Positions 52,476 through 64,000 of a stretch of 64,000 nucleotides of DNA are shown in pieces. Source of the stretch: Amphiscolops sp. MND2022 (taxonomy: Eukaryota); contig OZ076411.1 of the NCBI GenBank assembly GCA_964187785.1, positions 52,948,001 to 53,012,000 of the forward strand. Direction: 5' to 3'. The notes below the pieces were generated by a model that did no database searches, was not told where the DNA came from, and saw nothing but the letters and a program-made list of their open reading frames with translations. Position 1 is the stretch's first letter, and the number at the start of each line of letters is the position of its first letter. The translations under genes and the position numbers were made by a program.

Positions 52476-52900
52476 CTTACCTCGACGATCCTAATTTGGT
52501 GATTCCTGCGATATATTTACAGCCGATGTTTTTTAAAAGTATGATACGATGCCCTAATTTATAAATCTCTCCTCCACTTGATGTTCTTGGTGCTTGTTTC
52601 ATTCAGGGGACCGTTTTTGACACTGTATGGAGGCTCTGCGGCTTGCAGCGATCTGGCTCCTTGCCTATCTTTTTCTGACTGCCCATTGTTCAACTCGGGC
52701 TAATTCTATTTCGTAAAGACCCTTTTAAAATGATTCCAGTTCGCACGGTCCTTATTTTTTTATTTTTACTTGCACTCGGAGGTTTTTATTTAAATGAAAT
52801 AAACTTGCGTGCGATTTCTTCAACTGCTCATTATAGCTGTACAAGTCTTTCAGACGTTTATGGCTTTTTTGCCAGCGGAATGAAAACTTCGAGATGAGTC

Positions 52901-53620
52901 TTACTGAAGCGCGTTCCTCACAGACTTGGCTTTGATATCCAACTTCATCTTCATTGATCGTTGTTTTTTTAATTTAAGGACTCGCCTTGTAGCGTCTGAA
53001 GATTTGGCTCGATGGACCCCAAAAAAGTCGGGGCAGGGACGTTTCATCACCAGCCATTTGGGCGACAAAAATTTCAGCCCATTTCGGGGACAATAATGTC
53101 GCTCAAATGTCCCGTAGACTAAATATGTTCGCATACCCCTAGTGCCCTAAATTCAGGAGCGAAGCGGAGCGACGTGCCATATGACCATGGCTCAATGTTG
53201 CTACTTGGCGAAGGGAGCGAAGCGACCGAGCCATACAACAAATATGCTAACCTCTTCAAATATATCAGTTAATTGATCAATTTGATCAACCCATTTGGTC
53301 GACACTTTTGTCGCCCATGTGACCGACGCCATATTGTCGCCCGAATGGCTGGTGACGAAATGTCCCTGACCCAAAAGGTCAGACTGTTTAGGTCCCAAGT
53401 GTTGCTGGTGGTCCAAGGCTCTGAATGCGTCATTTCCAGTAGAAACATTTGCTCGAAACACGAAGACCAGCAGGTATCGGATCAAACATCCGGATAGCCC
53501 GTACGTGACACTGGTAAAATAATCGAACGGGCCGCTTTCCACGCGCAATAGTACTGGTTGCTTCTCATTATATGCAAATGTGATTTCAGTTATCAAGCAG
53601 ATGTTGAGATCTTTCGACAT
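52901..53620 (-). other. Uncharacterised ~122-codon ORF interrupted in-frame by the 53030-53372 MITE
   Basis: Removing the MITE plus one TSD joins MSKDLN...GPKQS to DFFGVHRAK...VRNALQ* in one frame; no family recognised. Confidence 0.3.
53030..53372. mobile_element. MITE with ~40-bp TIRs and intact structured core 2
   Basis: TIR ggggcagggacgtttcatcaccagccatttgggcgacaa / ttgtcgcccgaatggctggtgacgaaatgtccctgaccc; TSD aaaaagtc/aaaaggtc. Confidence 0.88.
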
Positions 53621-53972
53621 GCTTGATCTTCCTCAAAACAAACAGGAGTGCTAAACCTAAATCACATTGATTATGGATTGAGCATGGTATTGATTCAAAC
53701 TTTATTTCCGTTTTGCATTAGCCATTTTTCCTCGGTGTGTCTTGTCTTAAAATAGCATTTGGTGTACATTTCACAGGTCCCTTTTTCTCAAACTTATGAC
53801 TGGGCTTTTTCTCAAATTGATGACTGTTTGCAATGAGCGATCCGAAAATGATCAGTTATCATTTAATTGATAGAATTCTTGCAGTTATTGCCAGATTCAT
53901 TTCATTTCAGGTCTCCTTTCCGAGCAACTTCCTTGTTTAAATTGAAAATCGTTCGTTGCAGATAAGAATGCG

Positions 53973-54135
53973 ATGCCTTCCAGCATAGGGGATGCAAGTG
54001 ATGATCGTGTCGATGCAGGTTCCAACGTAGCAGACTACTTTTTAGAAATAGGGCTTCCAGATGACTTGTCACCAGATAAAGAAACGGTTTCCAGTCGCCG
54101 TCCTCCTGTGCAGTATCCTATTACCGAGATATCTC
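53973..54135 (+). CDS. Putative N-terminal coding exon of a DENND4/Crag-like (MABP-DENN) gene, copy 1
   Basis: MPSSIGDASDDRVDAGSNVADYFLEIGLPDDLSPDKETVSSRRPPVQYPITEIS, with acceptor ttcgttgcag (ends 53961) and donor gttagt (54136). VADYF..xGL...PITxI matches the DENND4/Crag N-terminus as recalled. Confidence 0.55.
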
Positions 54136-54497
54136 GTTAGTTTGATTTTTTGATCAGTTGCTTAAAAAATGCATCCCTGTAACCTTCCCGAGATAGAATT
54201 TCCTCCATATTTGATACTGCTCCGTTTGATAGAAGTTCTATCATAGAACTCATGAAAAAAATATCGCCGTGTGCAATTTTGAAATCCAAAGAATTTGAAA
54301 AGTTTGGAGATTGAAAATTTTTATCATGTTTTCATTCCGATTTTGTCTCATTGATGTAATTTCTCCAAGTGATGTTCGGAAGTCTCGCTACCTTCATTTT
54401 GAAGTAGAGAATCGTTTCACCTCGTTTGCAGACCACGGGTGTTCCATCTCCCCTTAACATGATGACCAACATTGCACCAGATTATTGACGTACGATG

Positions 54498-54846
54498 CAG
54501 GGCCTGGCAATAAACTATTGCATAAACAATTAATTGCAATAATTAGTTCCAATTAATTGATAGGTCATTTTTTTCTCAAGCAATCATTTGATTGGCAACT
54601 ACCAATAATTGCAATAATTGGTTCATCATTTTCAGGTTGGAAATGTCAGAAAGTCTACAAGATATCTGTCGCAAATTCTTCAAAAATTATTCGTTCCGAT
54701 CAATTAACGTGTTGATGATGCTTTTCCTTTTTTTGCCAATTACTGCAAAAATTGCAATTATTGATTGGCAAAACACCAATGATCAATTAATTGATTCGGT
54801 TATTTTTTCAAACCAATCAATTGCAATTATTAATAGCCAGGCCCTG
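54498..54846. mobile_element. AT-rich palindromic MITE with CAGGGCCTGGC termini (hAT-like), copy 1 (copies 58737-59085, 62972-63320)
   Basis: Inverted termini cagggcctggc / gccaggccctg; interior of caattaattg-type motifs; no clear TSD. Confidence 0.7.
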
Positions 54847-55112
54847 GTTCTAAAAAAACAATTAACCTTTGTTATTAAAACGATATTTTTTTTGGACAAA
54901 TCATCAATTATTAATTGACAAAGCTCAAAACATGCGTAGAAAAACAAAGGTGCACTACAATAACGAAACATACAGTTTACATGTCAAAGGATGAAATGGC
55001 ACTAGGGACTAGGGTCAAAGTCAATGACAATCTAGAAAATCGCATGTCAGGGATGGATCCACAATCAATGATTTTGCATCTGTTATGTAAGACAACTTGT
55101 CTAAAATGAAGA

Positions 55113-57462
55113 TCAATTCTTTCGTTCAAAGGATGCACCATGTTCAATTCCCAGACATCTCCATTTTGTTCTTGTAGCGCGGAGACAAGCGCTTGTCGCC
55201 CTGAGTGTCGCGAATGAGATCCTGGCTCGTATCCAAGACAACTTGAGAGTATTTTCGCTCCCATTTTAAGCTGAGTCCTTCGCCCATACGTTTCAGAAAC
55301 TGATTGAATTCCGCACCGAGTACACCATCTACTGATATGACAAGTGGGGTAAAGGATATATGACGTTCTTGACAGGCATCTTTGTATTTCTGTTTCTTTT
55401 GTTCTGCACTTCTCAGTATAGATTCTGTGCTTCTTCCCGAATAAGATTCAGCGTCAGTGTCGGTGACAAGTACATCAAACGCCGCTGACTCTTGTGGGTT
55501 CCACGCTCCTCTTATCAGAAGATCTGCATACAGAGCAGTTGTTTGGTTATTTGGAACACCTTCGCGTATTATCGGTTCCCTTCTGATGTCCTTCCAGTAA
55601 AGTGAAGCTAGATCACCAACAGCATCCCGAATTTCATTATGGCGTAATGTGACAAGGCCCCCTTTTTTGCATGCCAGCGCATGCTGAATTGAGAATTCGC
55701 CTCCGCAGCCGTCGCAAATTCCTGGAAGCTTACTTATTGACTTCGAATAACGCAAGCAGACTGCGTCAAGAAATTCTTGCGCTGAGAGTGAAAAGTGGTC
55801 TTTTGACGAAATTTTAGCTGTTAACCAGGCAGAGTTTTTATTCTCGGCTGACCTTTTCAGAGCCTTCACTTTTCTTTCGCTGCTTGTTTCGAGTATTTGA
55901 TTTAAGATGCTGGTGTTTCTGACTTTAACTGTCTCACTATGCAGTTTTCTGGCCTCTCTGACAGTGAAGCCATGTTCCAGTTTATTAAACGTGCAATTTC
56001 CCCGAATCGCATTCTGAATGTGGGATGTTGCTAGTTTCGATGTTCCCAAGGAATATGGGGCTTCTATTATTGGGTTGTTTATGCCAAGACCAGCGTTGCG
56101 GACTGGGAGCGAAAATAAATTACGTTCATCTACTGATATATCACAATTAAGAAGTTTTGGTATGAAGTTTTGTGTTATCGACTCTTCCACTTTCCATAGC
56201 CAATCTTGAAAGTCAGGAAGAACTCTAGATAAGAATCCCCATTCATTCTGCAGACATCTTGTGAACGCGCTCAAAGATTCATGTGGGTAACTTTCAGCTG
56301 CTTCTGCTTTTTCCTGAACACTGTGACCGTTCATCAGCTTTAACTCTCAGGTAGTCAGATTTTTGTTCTTTTGATCCTATGAAGGAGCCGAGGTAACGGT
56401 GGCCCGAAACTACATTCACTCCTAGAGGCTCAAAGAAGGTTTTTGCTTGAGAGATATAACCTTCGCCCACAATCAGATAACTTTTCGTGGGTTCAGGAAA
56501 ATAGCCAAAAGCAGGTCCTTTTTGCAATATTTCTAGCCATTTTTCAATGATGTTAGTTTTCCAAGGGAGGATGCGTCGTCGGCATACCATTCCTGCACAT
56601 ATTCGGTCGTGTTTTTTTTTTGTTTCTGAAATAGAGGCATCATTGCACATCCATAAAACAACATTGCAAGTGCGTCACCCCGTGTCGTTCCCTCTTGGCT
56701 GTACAATGTTTCCTTACATGCGGGCATTATCAATGGTGAGTCACCTTGGTAGCAGTTGAATAAAAACCTGCAGGCTCTTGGCCAAGTGCGTCTAATGTTC
56801 AGCAATGCATTGGACCTGTTCAGTGAGTTGTACGCATTTTTTGCGTCCATCAGGAGAAGCCCAACTCCGTTCTCCTTCTGAGAATCAAATAAATCCGAAA
56901 GGGAGTGTATAGCTCCTTCGATGCCCGCTTCCAACCCATCTGCTAGTTGGTCGATTCCAGAGTACTCAGATAGGTCGCCCTTGGTGCAGTCTGAAATTGA
57001 CTTTGCTAACAGCCTTCTTAGACATTCGCCTATACCGATTGGTCTTATGCCTGGGCGTTTATCTAAAGCTATCAGCCGGCATGACATGAGCGCTCTGAGT
57101 TTTTTCCATGGAAGGACTTCATTGCCCATTTTGCAGGCTAGGGTTGCTATGCAATCGCGAAGCATTTCACTTCGACTTCCAAAACGTAACAATACCGATT
57201 TCCAGTGATCGGAGTCAGCTCCAGAGGGTCCGGTGCTTCCACGCAATTTCCTAGCTGTCTTTTCGATTTGAGCAGATGTGATAACTATGTCTTCAACAGC
57301 AGGGTAAGCCGACGTTGTATCGACAGTTCCACGTTGGACTCGGGAAGCGAAGGGGTGCTTTTCTTTGAGTTGTTCAAGCACTGTAATCTTCTTTCCTTTG
57401 CAATCAGTGATGTCGTCAGCTTTAAGTACTGTGCCTTCATCTCTGGCTGTTATTACACGTGT
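55113..57462 (-). mobile_element. CRE-clade-like non-LTR retrotransposon (RT, CCHC finger, REL endonuclease), 5'-truncated and frameshifted, copy 1
   Basis: TVLEQLKEKHP, GSTGPSG, RPIGIGECLRR, GIEGAIH, LLMDAKNAYN, SQEGTTRGDALAM, WYADD, GPAFGYFPEPTKS, LFSLPVRNAGLGI, CDGC..FSIQHALAC, RHNEIRD, DLLIRG, FDVLVTD, KKQKY, TPLVISVDG; true C-terminus WIRARISFATLRATSACLR...* ends at 55113 in a shifted frame. Confidence 0.88.
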
Positions 57463-58211
57463 GACCGAGCCATACAACAAATATGCTAACCTCTTCAAAT
57501 ATATCAGTTAATTGATCAATTTGATCAACCCATTTGGTCGACACTTTTGTCGCCCATGTGACCGACGCCATATTGTCGCCCGAATGGCTGGTGACGAAAT
57601 GTCCCTGACCCAAAAGGTCAGACTGTTTAGGTCCCAAGTGTTGCTGGTGGTCCAAGGCTCTGAATGCGTCATTTCCAGTAGAAACATTTGCTCGAAACAC
57701 GAAGACCAGCAGGTATCGGATCAAACATCCGGATAGCCCGTACGTGACACTGGTAAAATAATCGAACGGGCCGCTTTCCACGCGCAATAGTACTGGTTGC
57801 TTCTCATTATATGCAAATGTGATTTCAGTTATCAAGCAGATGTTGAGATCTTTCGACATGCTTGATCTTCCTCAAAACAAACAGGAGTGCTAAACCTAAA
57901 TCACATTGATTATGGATTGAGCATGGTATTGATTCAAACTTTATTTCCGTTTTGCATTAGCCATTTTTCCTCGGTGTGTCTTGTCTTAAAATAGCATTTG
58001 GTGTACATTTCACAGGTCCCTTTTTCTCAAACTTATGACTGGGCTTTTTCTCAAATTGATGACTGTTTGCAATGAGCGATCCGAAAATGATCAGTTATCA
58101 TTTAATTGATAGAATTCTTGCAGTTATTGCCAGATTCATTTCATTTCAGGTCTCCTTTCCGAGCAACTTCCTTGTTTAAATTGAAAATCGTTCGTTGCAG
58201 ATAAGAATGCG

Positions 58212-58374
58212 ATGCCTTCCAGCATAGGGGATGCAAGTGATGATCGTGTCGATGCAGGTTCCAACGTAGCAGACTACTTTTTAGAAATAGGGCTTCCAGA
58301 TGACTTGTCACCAGATAAAGAAACGGTTTCCAGTCGCCGTCCTCCTGTGCAGTATCCTATTACCGAGATATCTC
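58212..58374 (+). CDS. DENND4/Crag-like exon, tandem copy 2
   Basis: Same sequence and splice sites as 53973-54135. Confidence 0.5.
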
Positions 58375-59351
58375 GTTAGTTTGATTTTTTGATCAGTTGC
58401 TTAAAAAATGCATCCCTGTAACCTTCCCGAGATAGAATTTCCTCCATATTTGATACTGCTCCGTTTGATAGAAGTTCTATCATAGAACTCATGAAAAAAA
58501 TATCGCCGTGTGCAATTTTGAAATCCAAAGAATTTGAAAAGTTTGGAGATTGAAAATTTTTATCATGTTTTCATTCCGATTTTGTCTCATTGATGTAATT
58601 TCTCCAAGTGATGTTCGGAAGTCTCGCTACCTTCATTTTGAAGTAGAGAATCGTTTCACCTCGTTTGCAGACCACGGGTGTTCCATCTCCCCTTAACATG
58701 ATGACCAACATTGCACCAGATTATTGACGTACGATGCAGGGCCTGGCAATAAACTATTGCATAAACAATTAATTGCAATAATTAGTTCCAATTAATTGAT
58801 AGGTCATTTTTTTCTCAAGCAATCATTTGATTGGCAACTACCAATAATTGCAATAATTGGTTCATCATTTTCAGGTTGGAAATGTCAGAAAGTCTACAAG
58901 ATATCTGTCGCAAATTCTTCAAAAATTATTCGTTCCGATCAATTAACGTGTTGATGATGCTTTTCCTTTTTTTGCCAATTACTGCAAAAATTGCAATTAT
59001 TGATTGGCAAAACACCAATGATCAATTAATTGATTCGGTTATTTTTTCAAACCAATCAATTGCAATTATTAATAGCCAGGCCCTGGTTCTAAAAAAACAA
59101 TTAACCTTTGTTATTAAAACGATATTTTTTTTGGACAAATCATCAATTATTAATTGACAAAGCTCAAAACATGCGTAGAAAAACAAAGGTGCACTACAAT
59201 AACGAAACATACAGTTTACATGTCAAAGGATGAAATGGCACTAGGGACTAGGGTCAAAGTCAATGACAATCTAGAAAATCGCATGTCAGGGATGGATCCA
59301 CAATCAATGATTTTGCATCTGTTATGTAAGACAACTTGTCTAAAATGAAGA

Positions 59352-61697
59352 TCAATTCTTTCGTTCAAAGGATGCACCATGTTCAATTCCCAGACATCTC
59401 CATTTTGTTCTTGTAGCGCGGAGACAAGCGCTTGTCGCCCTGAGTGTCGCGAATGAGATCCTGGCTCGTATCCAAGACAACTTGAGAGTATTTTCGCTCC
59501 CATTTTAAGCTGAGTCCTTCGCCCATACGTTTCAGAAACTGATTGAATTCCGCACCGAGTACACCATCTACTGATATGACAAGTGGGGTAATGGATATAT
59601 GACGTTCTTGACAGGCATCTTTGTATTTCTGTTTCTTTTGTTCTGCACTTCTCAGTATAGATTCTGTGCTTCTTCCCGAATAAGATTCAGCGTCAGTGTC
59701 GGTGACAAGTACATCAAACGCCGCTGACTCTTGTGGGTTCCACGCTCCTCTTATCAGAAGATCTGCATACAGAGCAGTTGTTTGGTTATTTGGAACACCT
59801 TCGCGTATTATCGGTTCCCTTCTGATGTCCTTCCAGTAAAGTGAAGCTAGATCAACAGCATCCCGAATTTCATTATGGCGTAATGTGACAAGGCCCCCTT
59901 TTTTGCATGCCAGCGCATGCTGAATTGAGAATTCGCCTCCGCAGCCGTCGCAAATTCCTGGAAGCTTACTTATTGACTTCGAATAACGCAAGCAGACTGC
60001 GTCAAGAAATTCTTGCGCTGAGAGTGAAAAGTGGTCTTTTGACGAAATTTTAGCTGTTAACCAGGCAGAGTTTTTATTCTCGGCTGACCTTTTCAGAGCC
60101 TTCACTTTTCTTTCGCTGCTTGTTTCGAGTATTTGATTTAAGATGCTGGTGTTTCTGACTTTAACTGTCTCACTATGCAGTTTTCTGGCCTCTCTGACAG
60201 TGAAGCCATGTTCCAGTTTATTAAACGTGCAATTTCCCCGAATCGCATTCTGAATGTGGGATGTTGCTAGTTTCGATGTTCCCAAGGAATATGGGGCTTC
60301 TATTATTGGGTTGTTTATGCCAAGACCAGCGTTGCGGACTGGGAGCGAAAATAAATTACGTTCATCTACTGATATATCACAATTAAGAAGTTTTGGTATG
60401 AAGTTTTGTGTTATCGACTCTTCCACTTTCCATAGCCAATCTTGAAAGTCAGGAAGAACTCTAGATAAGAATCCCCATTCATTCTGCAGACATCTTGTGA
60501 ACGCGCTCAAAGATTCATGTGGGTAACTTTCAGCTGCTTCTGCTTTTTCCTGAACACTGTGACCGTTCATCAGCTTTAACTCTCAGGTAGTCAGATTTTT
60601 GTTCTTTTGATCCTATGAAGGAGCCGAGGTAACGGTGGCCCGAAACTACATTCACTCCTAGAGGCTCAAAGAAGGTTTTTGCTTGAGAGATATAACCTTC
60701 GTCCACAATCAGATAACTTTTCGTGGGTTCAGGAAAATAGCCAAAAGCAGGTCCTTTTTGCAATATTTCTAGCCATTTTTCAATGATGTTAGTTTTCCAA
60801 GGGAGGATGCGTCGTCGGCATACCATTCCTGCACATATTCGGTCGTGTTTTTTTTTGTTTCTGAAATAGAGGCATCATTGCACATCCATAAAACAACATT
60901 GCAAGTGCGTCACCCCGTGTCGTTCCCTCTTGGCTGTACAATGTTTCCTTACATGCGGGCATTATCAATGGTGAGTCACCTTGGTAGCAGTTGAATAAAA
61001 ACCTGCAGGCTCTTGGCCAAGTGCGTCTAATGTTCAGCAATGCATTGGACCTGTTCAGTGAGTTGTACGCATTTTTTGCGTCCATCAGGAGAAGCCCAAC
61101 TCCGTTCTCCTTCTGAGAATCAAATAAATCCGAAAGGGAGTGTATAGCTCCTTCGATGCCCGCTTCCAACCCATCTGCTAGTTGGTCGATTCCAGAGTAC
61201 TCAGATAGGTCGCCCTTGGTGCAGTCTGAAATTGACTTTGCTAACAGCCTTCTTAGACATTCGCCTATACCGATTGGTCTTATGCCTGGGCGTTTATCTA
61301 AAGCTATCAGCCGGCATGACATGAGCGCTCTGAGTTTTTTCCATGGAAGGACTTCATTGCCCATTTTGCAGGCTAGGGTTGCTATGCAATCGCGAAGCAT
61401 TTCACTTCGACTTCCAAAACGTAACAATACCGATTTCCAGTGATCGGAGTCAGCTCCAGAGGGTCCGGTGCTTCCACGCAATTTCCTAGCTGTCTTTTCG
61501 ATTTGAGCAGATGTGATAACTATGTCTTCAACAGCAGGGTAAGCCGACGTTGTATCGACAGTTCCACGTTGGACTCGGGAAGCGACGGGGTGCTTTTCTT
61601 TGAGTTGTTCAAGCACTGTAATCTTCTTTCCTTTGCAATCAGTGATGTCGTCAGCTTTAAGTACTGTGCCTTCATCTCTGGCTGTTATTACACGTGT
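59352..61697 (-). mobile_element. CRE-like retrotransposon, copy 2
   Basis: Near-identical to copy 1, with the same truncation point and shared frameshifts. Confidence 0.88.
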
Positions 61698-62446
61698 GAC
61701 CGAGCCATACAACAAATATGCTAACCTCTTCAAATATATCAGTTAATTGATCAATTTGATCAACCCATTTGGTCGACACTTTTGTCGCCCATGTGACCGA
61801 CGCCATATTGTCGCCCGAATGGCTGGTGACGAAATGTCCCTGACCCAAAAGGTCAGACTGTTTAGGTCCCAAGTGTTGCTGGTGGTCCAAGGCTCTGAAT
61901 GCGTCATTTCCAGTAGAAACATTTGCTCGAAACACGAAGACCAGCAGGTATCGGATCAAACATCCGGATAGCCCGTACGTGACACTGGTAAAATAATCGA
62001 ACGGGCCGCTTTCCACGCGCAATAGTACTGGTTGCTTCTCATTATATGCAAATGTGATTTCAGTTATCAAGCAGATGTTGAGATCTTTCGACATGCTTGA
62101 TCTTCCTCAAAACAAACAGGAGTGCTAAACCTAAATCACATTGATTATGGATTGAGCATGGTATTGATTCAAACTTTATTTCCGTTTTGCATTAGCCATT
62201 TTTCCTCGGTGTGTCTTGTCTTAAAATAGCATTTGGTGTACATTTCACAGGTCCCTTTTTCTCAAACTTATGACTGGGCTTTTTCTCAAATTGATGACTG
62301 TTTGCAATGAGCGATCCGAAAATGATCAGTTATCATTTAATTGATAGAATTCTTGCAGTTATTGCCAGATTCATTTCATTTCAGGTCTCCTTTCCGAGCA
62401 ACTTCCTTGTTTAAATTGAAAATCGTTCGTTGCAGATAAGAATGCG

Positions 62447-62609
62447 ATGCCTTCCAGCATAGGGGATGCAAGTGATGATCGTGTCGATGCAGGTTCCAAC
62501 GTAGCAGACTACTTTTTAGAAATAGGGCTTCCAGATGACTTGTCACCAGATAAAGAAACGGTTTCCAGTCGCCGTCCTCCTGTGCAGTATCCTATTACCG
62601 AGATATCTC
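62447..62609 (+). CDS. DENND4/Crag-like exon, tandem copy 3
   Basis: Same sequence and splice sites as 53973-54135. Confidence 0.5.
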
Positions 62610-63586
62610 GTTAGTTTGATTTTTTGATCAGTTGCTTAAAAAATGCATCCCTGTAACCTTCCCGAGATAGAATTTCCTCCATATTTGATACTGCTCCGTT
62701 TGATAGAAGTTCTATCATAGAACTCATGAAAAAAATATCGCCGTGTGCAATTTTGAAATCCAAAGAATTTGAAAAGTTTGGAGATTGAAAATTTTTATCA
62801 TGTTTTCATTCCGATTTTGTCTCATTGATGTAATTTCTCCAAGTGATGTTCGGAAGTCTCGCTACCTTCATTTTGAAGTAGAGAATCGTTTCACCTCGTT
62901 TGCAGACCACGGGTGTTCCATCTCCCCTTAACATGATGACCAACATTGCACCAGATTATTGACGTACGATGCAGGGCCTGGCAATAAACTATTGCATAAA
63001 CAATTAATTGCAATAATTAGTTCCAATTAATTGATAGGTCATTTTTTTCTCAAGCAATCATTTGATTGGCAACTACCAATAATTGCAATAATTGGTTCAT
63101 CATTTTCAGGTTGGAAATGTCAGAAAGTCTACAAGATATCTGTCGCAAATTCTTCAAAAATTATTCGTTCCGATCAATTAACGTGTTGATGATGCTTTTC
63201 CTTTTTTTGCCAATTACTGCAAAAATTGCAATTATTGATTGGCAAAACACCAATGATCAATTAATTGATTCGGTTATTTTTTCAAACCAATCAATTGCAA
63301 TTATTAATAGCCAGGCCCTGGTTCTAAAAAAACAATTAACCTTTGTTATTAAAACGATATTTTTTTTGGACAAATCATCAATTATTAATTGACAAAGCTC
63401 AAAACATGCGTAGAAAAACAAAGGTGCACTACAATAACGAAACATACAGTTTACATGTCAAAGGATGAAATGGCACTAGGGACTAGGGTCAAAGTCAATG
63501 ACAATCTAGAAAATCGCATGTCAGGGATGGATCCACAATCAATGATTTTGCATCTGTTATGTAAGACAACTTGTCTAAAATGAAGA

Positions 63587-64000
63587 TCAATTCTTTCGTT
63601 CAAAGGATGCACCATGTTCAATTCCCAGACATCTCCATTTTGTTCTTGTAGCGCGGAGACAAGCGCTTGTCGCCCTGAGTGTCGCGAATGAGATCCTGGC
63701 TCGTATCCAAGACAACTTGAGAGTATTTTCGCTCCCATTTTACGCTGAGTCCTTCGCCCATACGTTTCAGAAACTGATTGAATTCCGCACCGAGTACACC
63801 ATCTACTGATATGACAAGTGGGGTAAAGGATATATGACGTTCTTGACAGGCATCTTTGTATTTCTGTTTCTTTTGTTCTGCACTTCTCAGTATAGATTCT
63901 GTGCTTCTTCCCGAATAAGATTCAGCGTCAGTGTCGGTGACAAGTACATCAAACGCCGCTGACTCTTGTGGGTTCCACGCTCCTCTTATCAGAAGATCTG
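63587..64000 (-). mobile_element. CRE-like retrotransposon, copy 3 (REL end only; continues beyond the window)
   Basis: Matches 55113-55526. Confidence 0.88.

Larger units (their letters stand above)
53224..64000. repeat. Near-identical tandem array, unit ~4.24 kb (53224-57462, 57463-61697, 61698 to window end)
   Basis: The junction motif gaccgagccatacaac starts at 53224, 57463 and 61698 (periods 4239 and 4235); copies differ by a few substitutions, a 3-bp indel and homopolymer length. Confidence 0.97.

Noticed and set aside
52476-52700. Spliced-leader or U snRNA target next to the CRE fragment
   Set aside because: acttacct is only a short U1-like match, with no recognisable SL or snRNA structure.
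56533-57498. ORF start MKRLAYLLYGSV as the real N-terminus of the CRE protein
   Set aside because: Those codons come from the MITE half fused at the tandem junction; the element is 5'-truncated at 57462.

Overview
Eukaryotic (invertebrate-animal-like, AT-rich) genomic DNA that is almost entirely transposon-derived. No prokaryotic operons, rRNA or CRISPR arrays were seen. Left two-thirds: three decayed BEL/Pao LTR retrotransposons (1-4317 +, 23100-29531 -, 33300-40327 +). The third is nested, with a TAGTC target-site duplication (TSD), in a CR1/L2-like LINE. Also present: DNA-transposon remnants (hAT, possibly Harbinger), a 244-bp spacer-less palindrome and minisatellites. 42-53 kb: CR1-like LINE fragments riddled with MITEs that make ~8-bp TSDs. 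Their arms are built from different short motifs, but they share one of two highly structured GC-rich cores, and three are nested inside each other's cores. From 53224 to the window end: a near-identical ~4.24-kb tandem array. Each unit carries a dead 5'-truncated CRE-clade (RT plus restriction-like endonuclease) retrotransposon and the apparent N-terminal exon of a DENND4/Crag-like host gene, with the junction sitting exactly after a GCGAAGC mini-hairpin. Other notable patterns: tRNA-like cassettes just inside two BEL 3' LTRs, and three diverged copies of an SGNH/esterase-like ORF, each directly upstream of a retroelement. All family assignments come from motif recognition by eye; no database searches were run.
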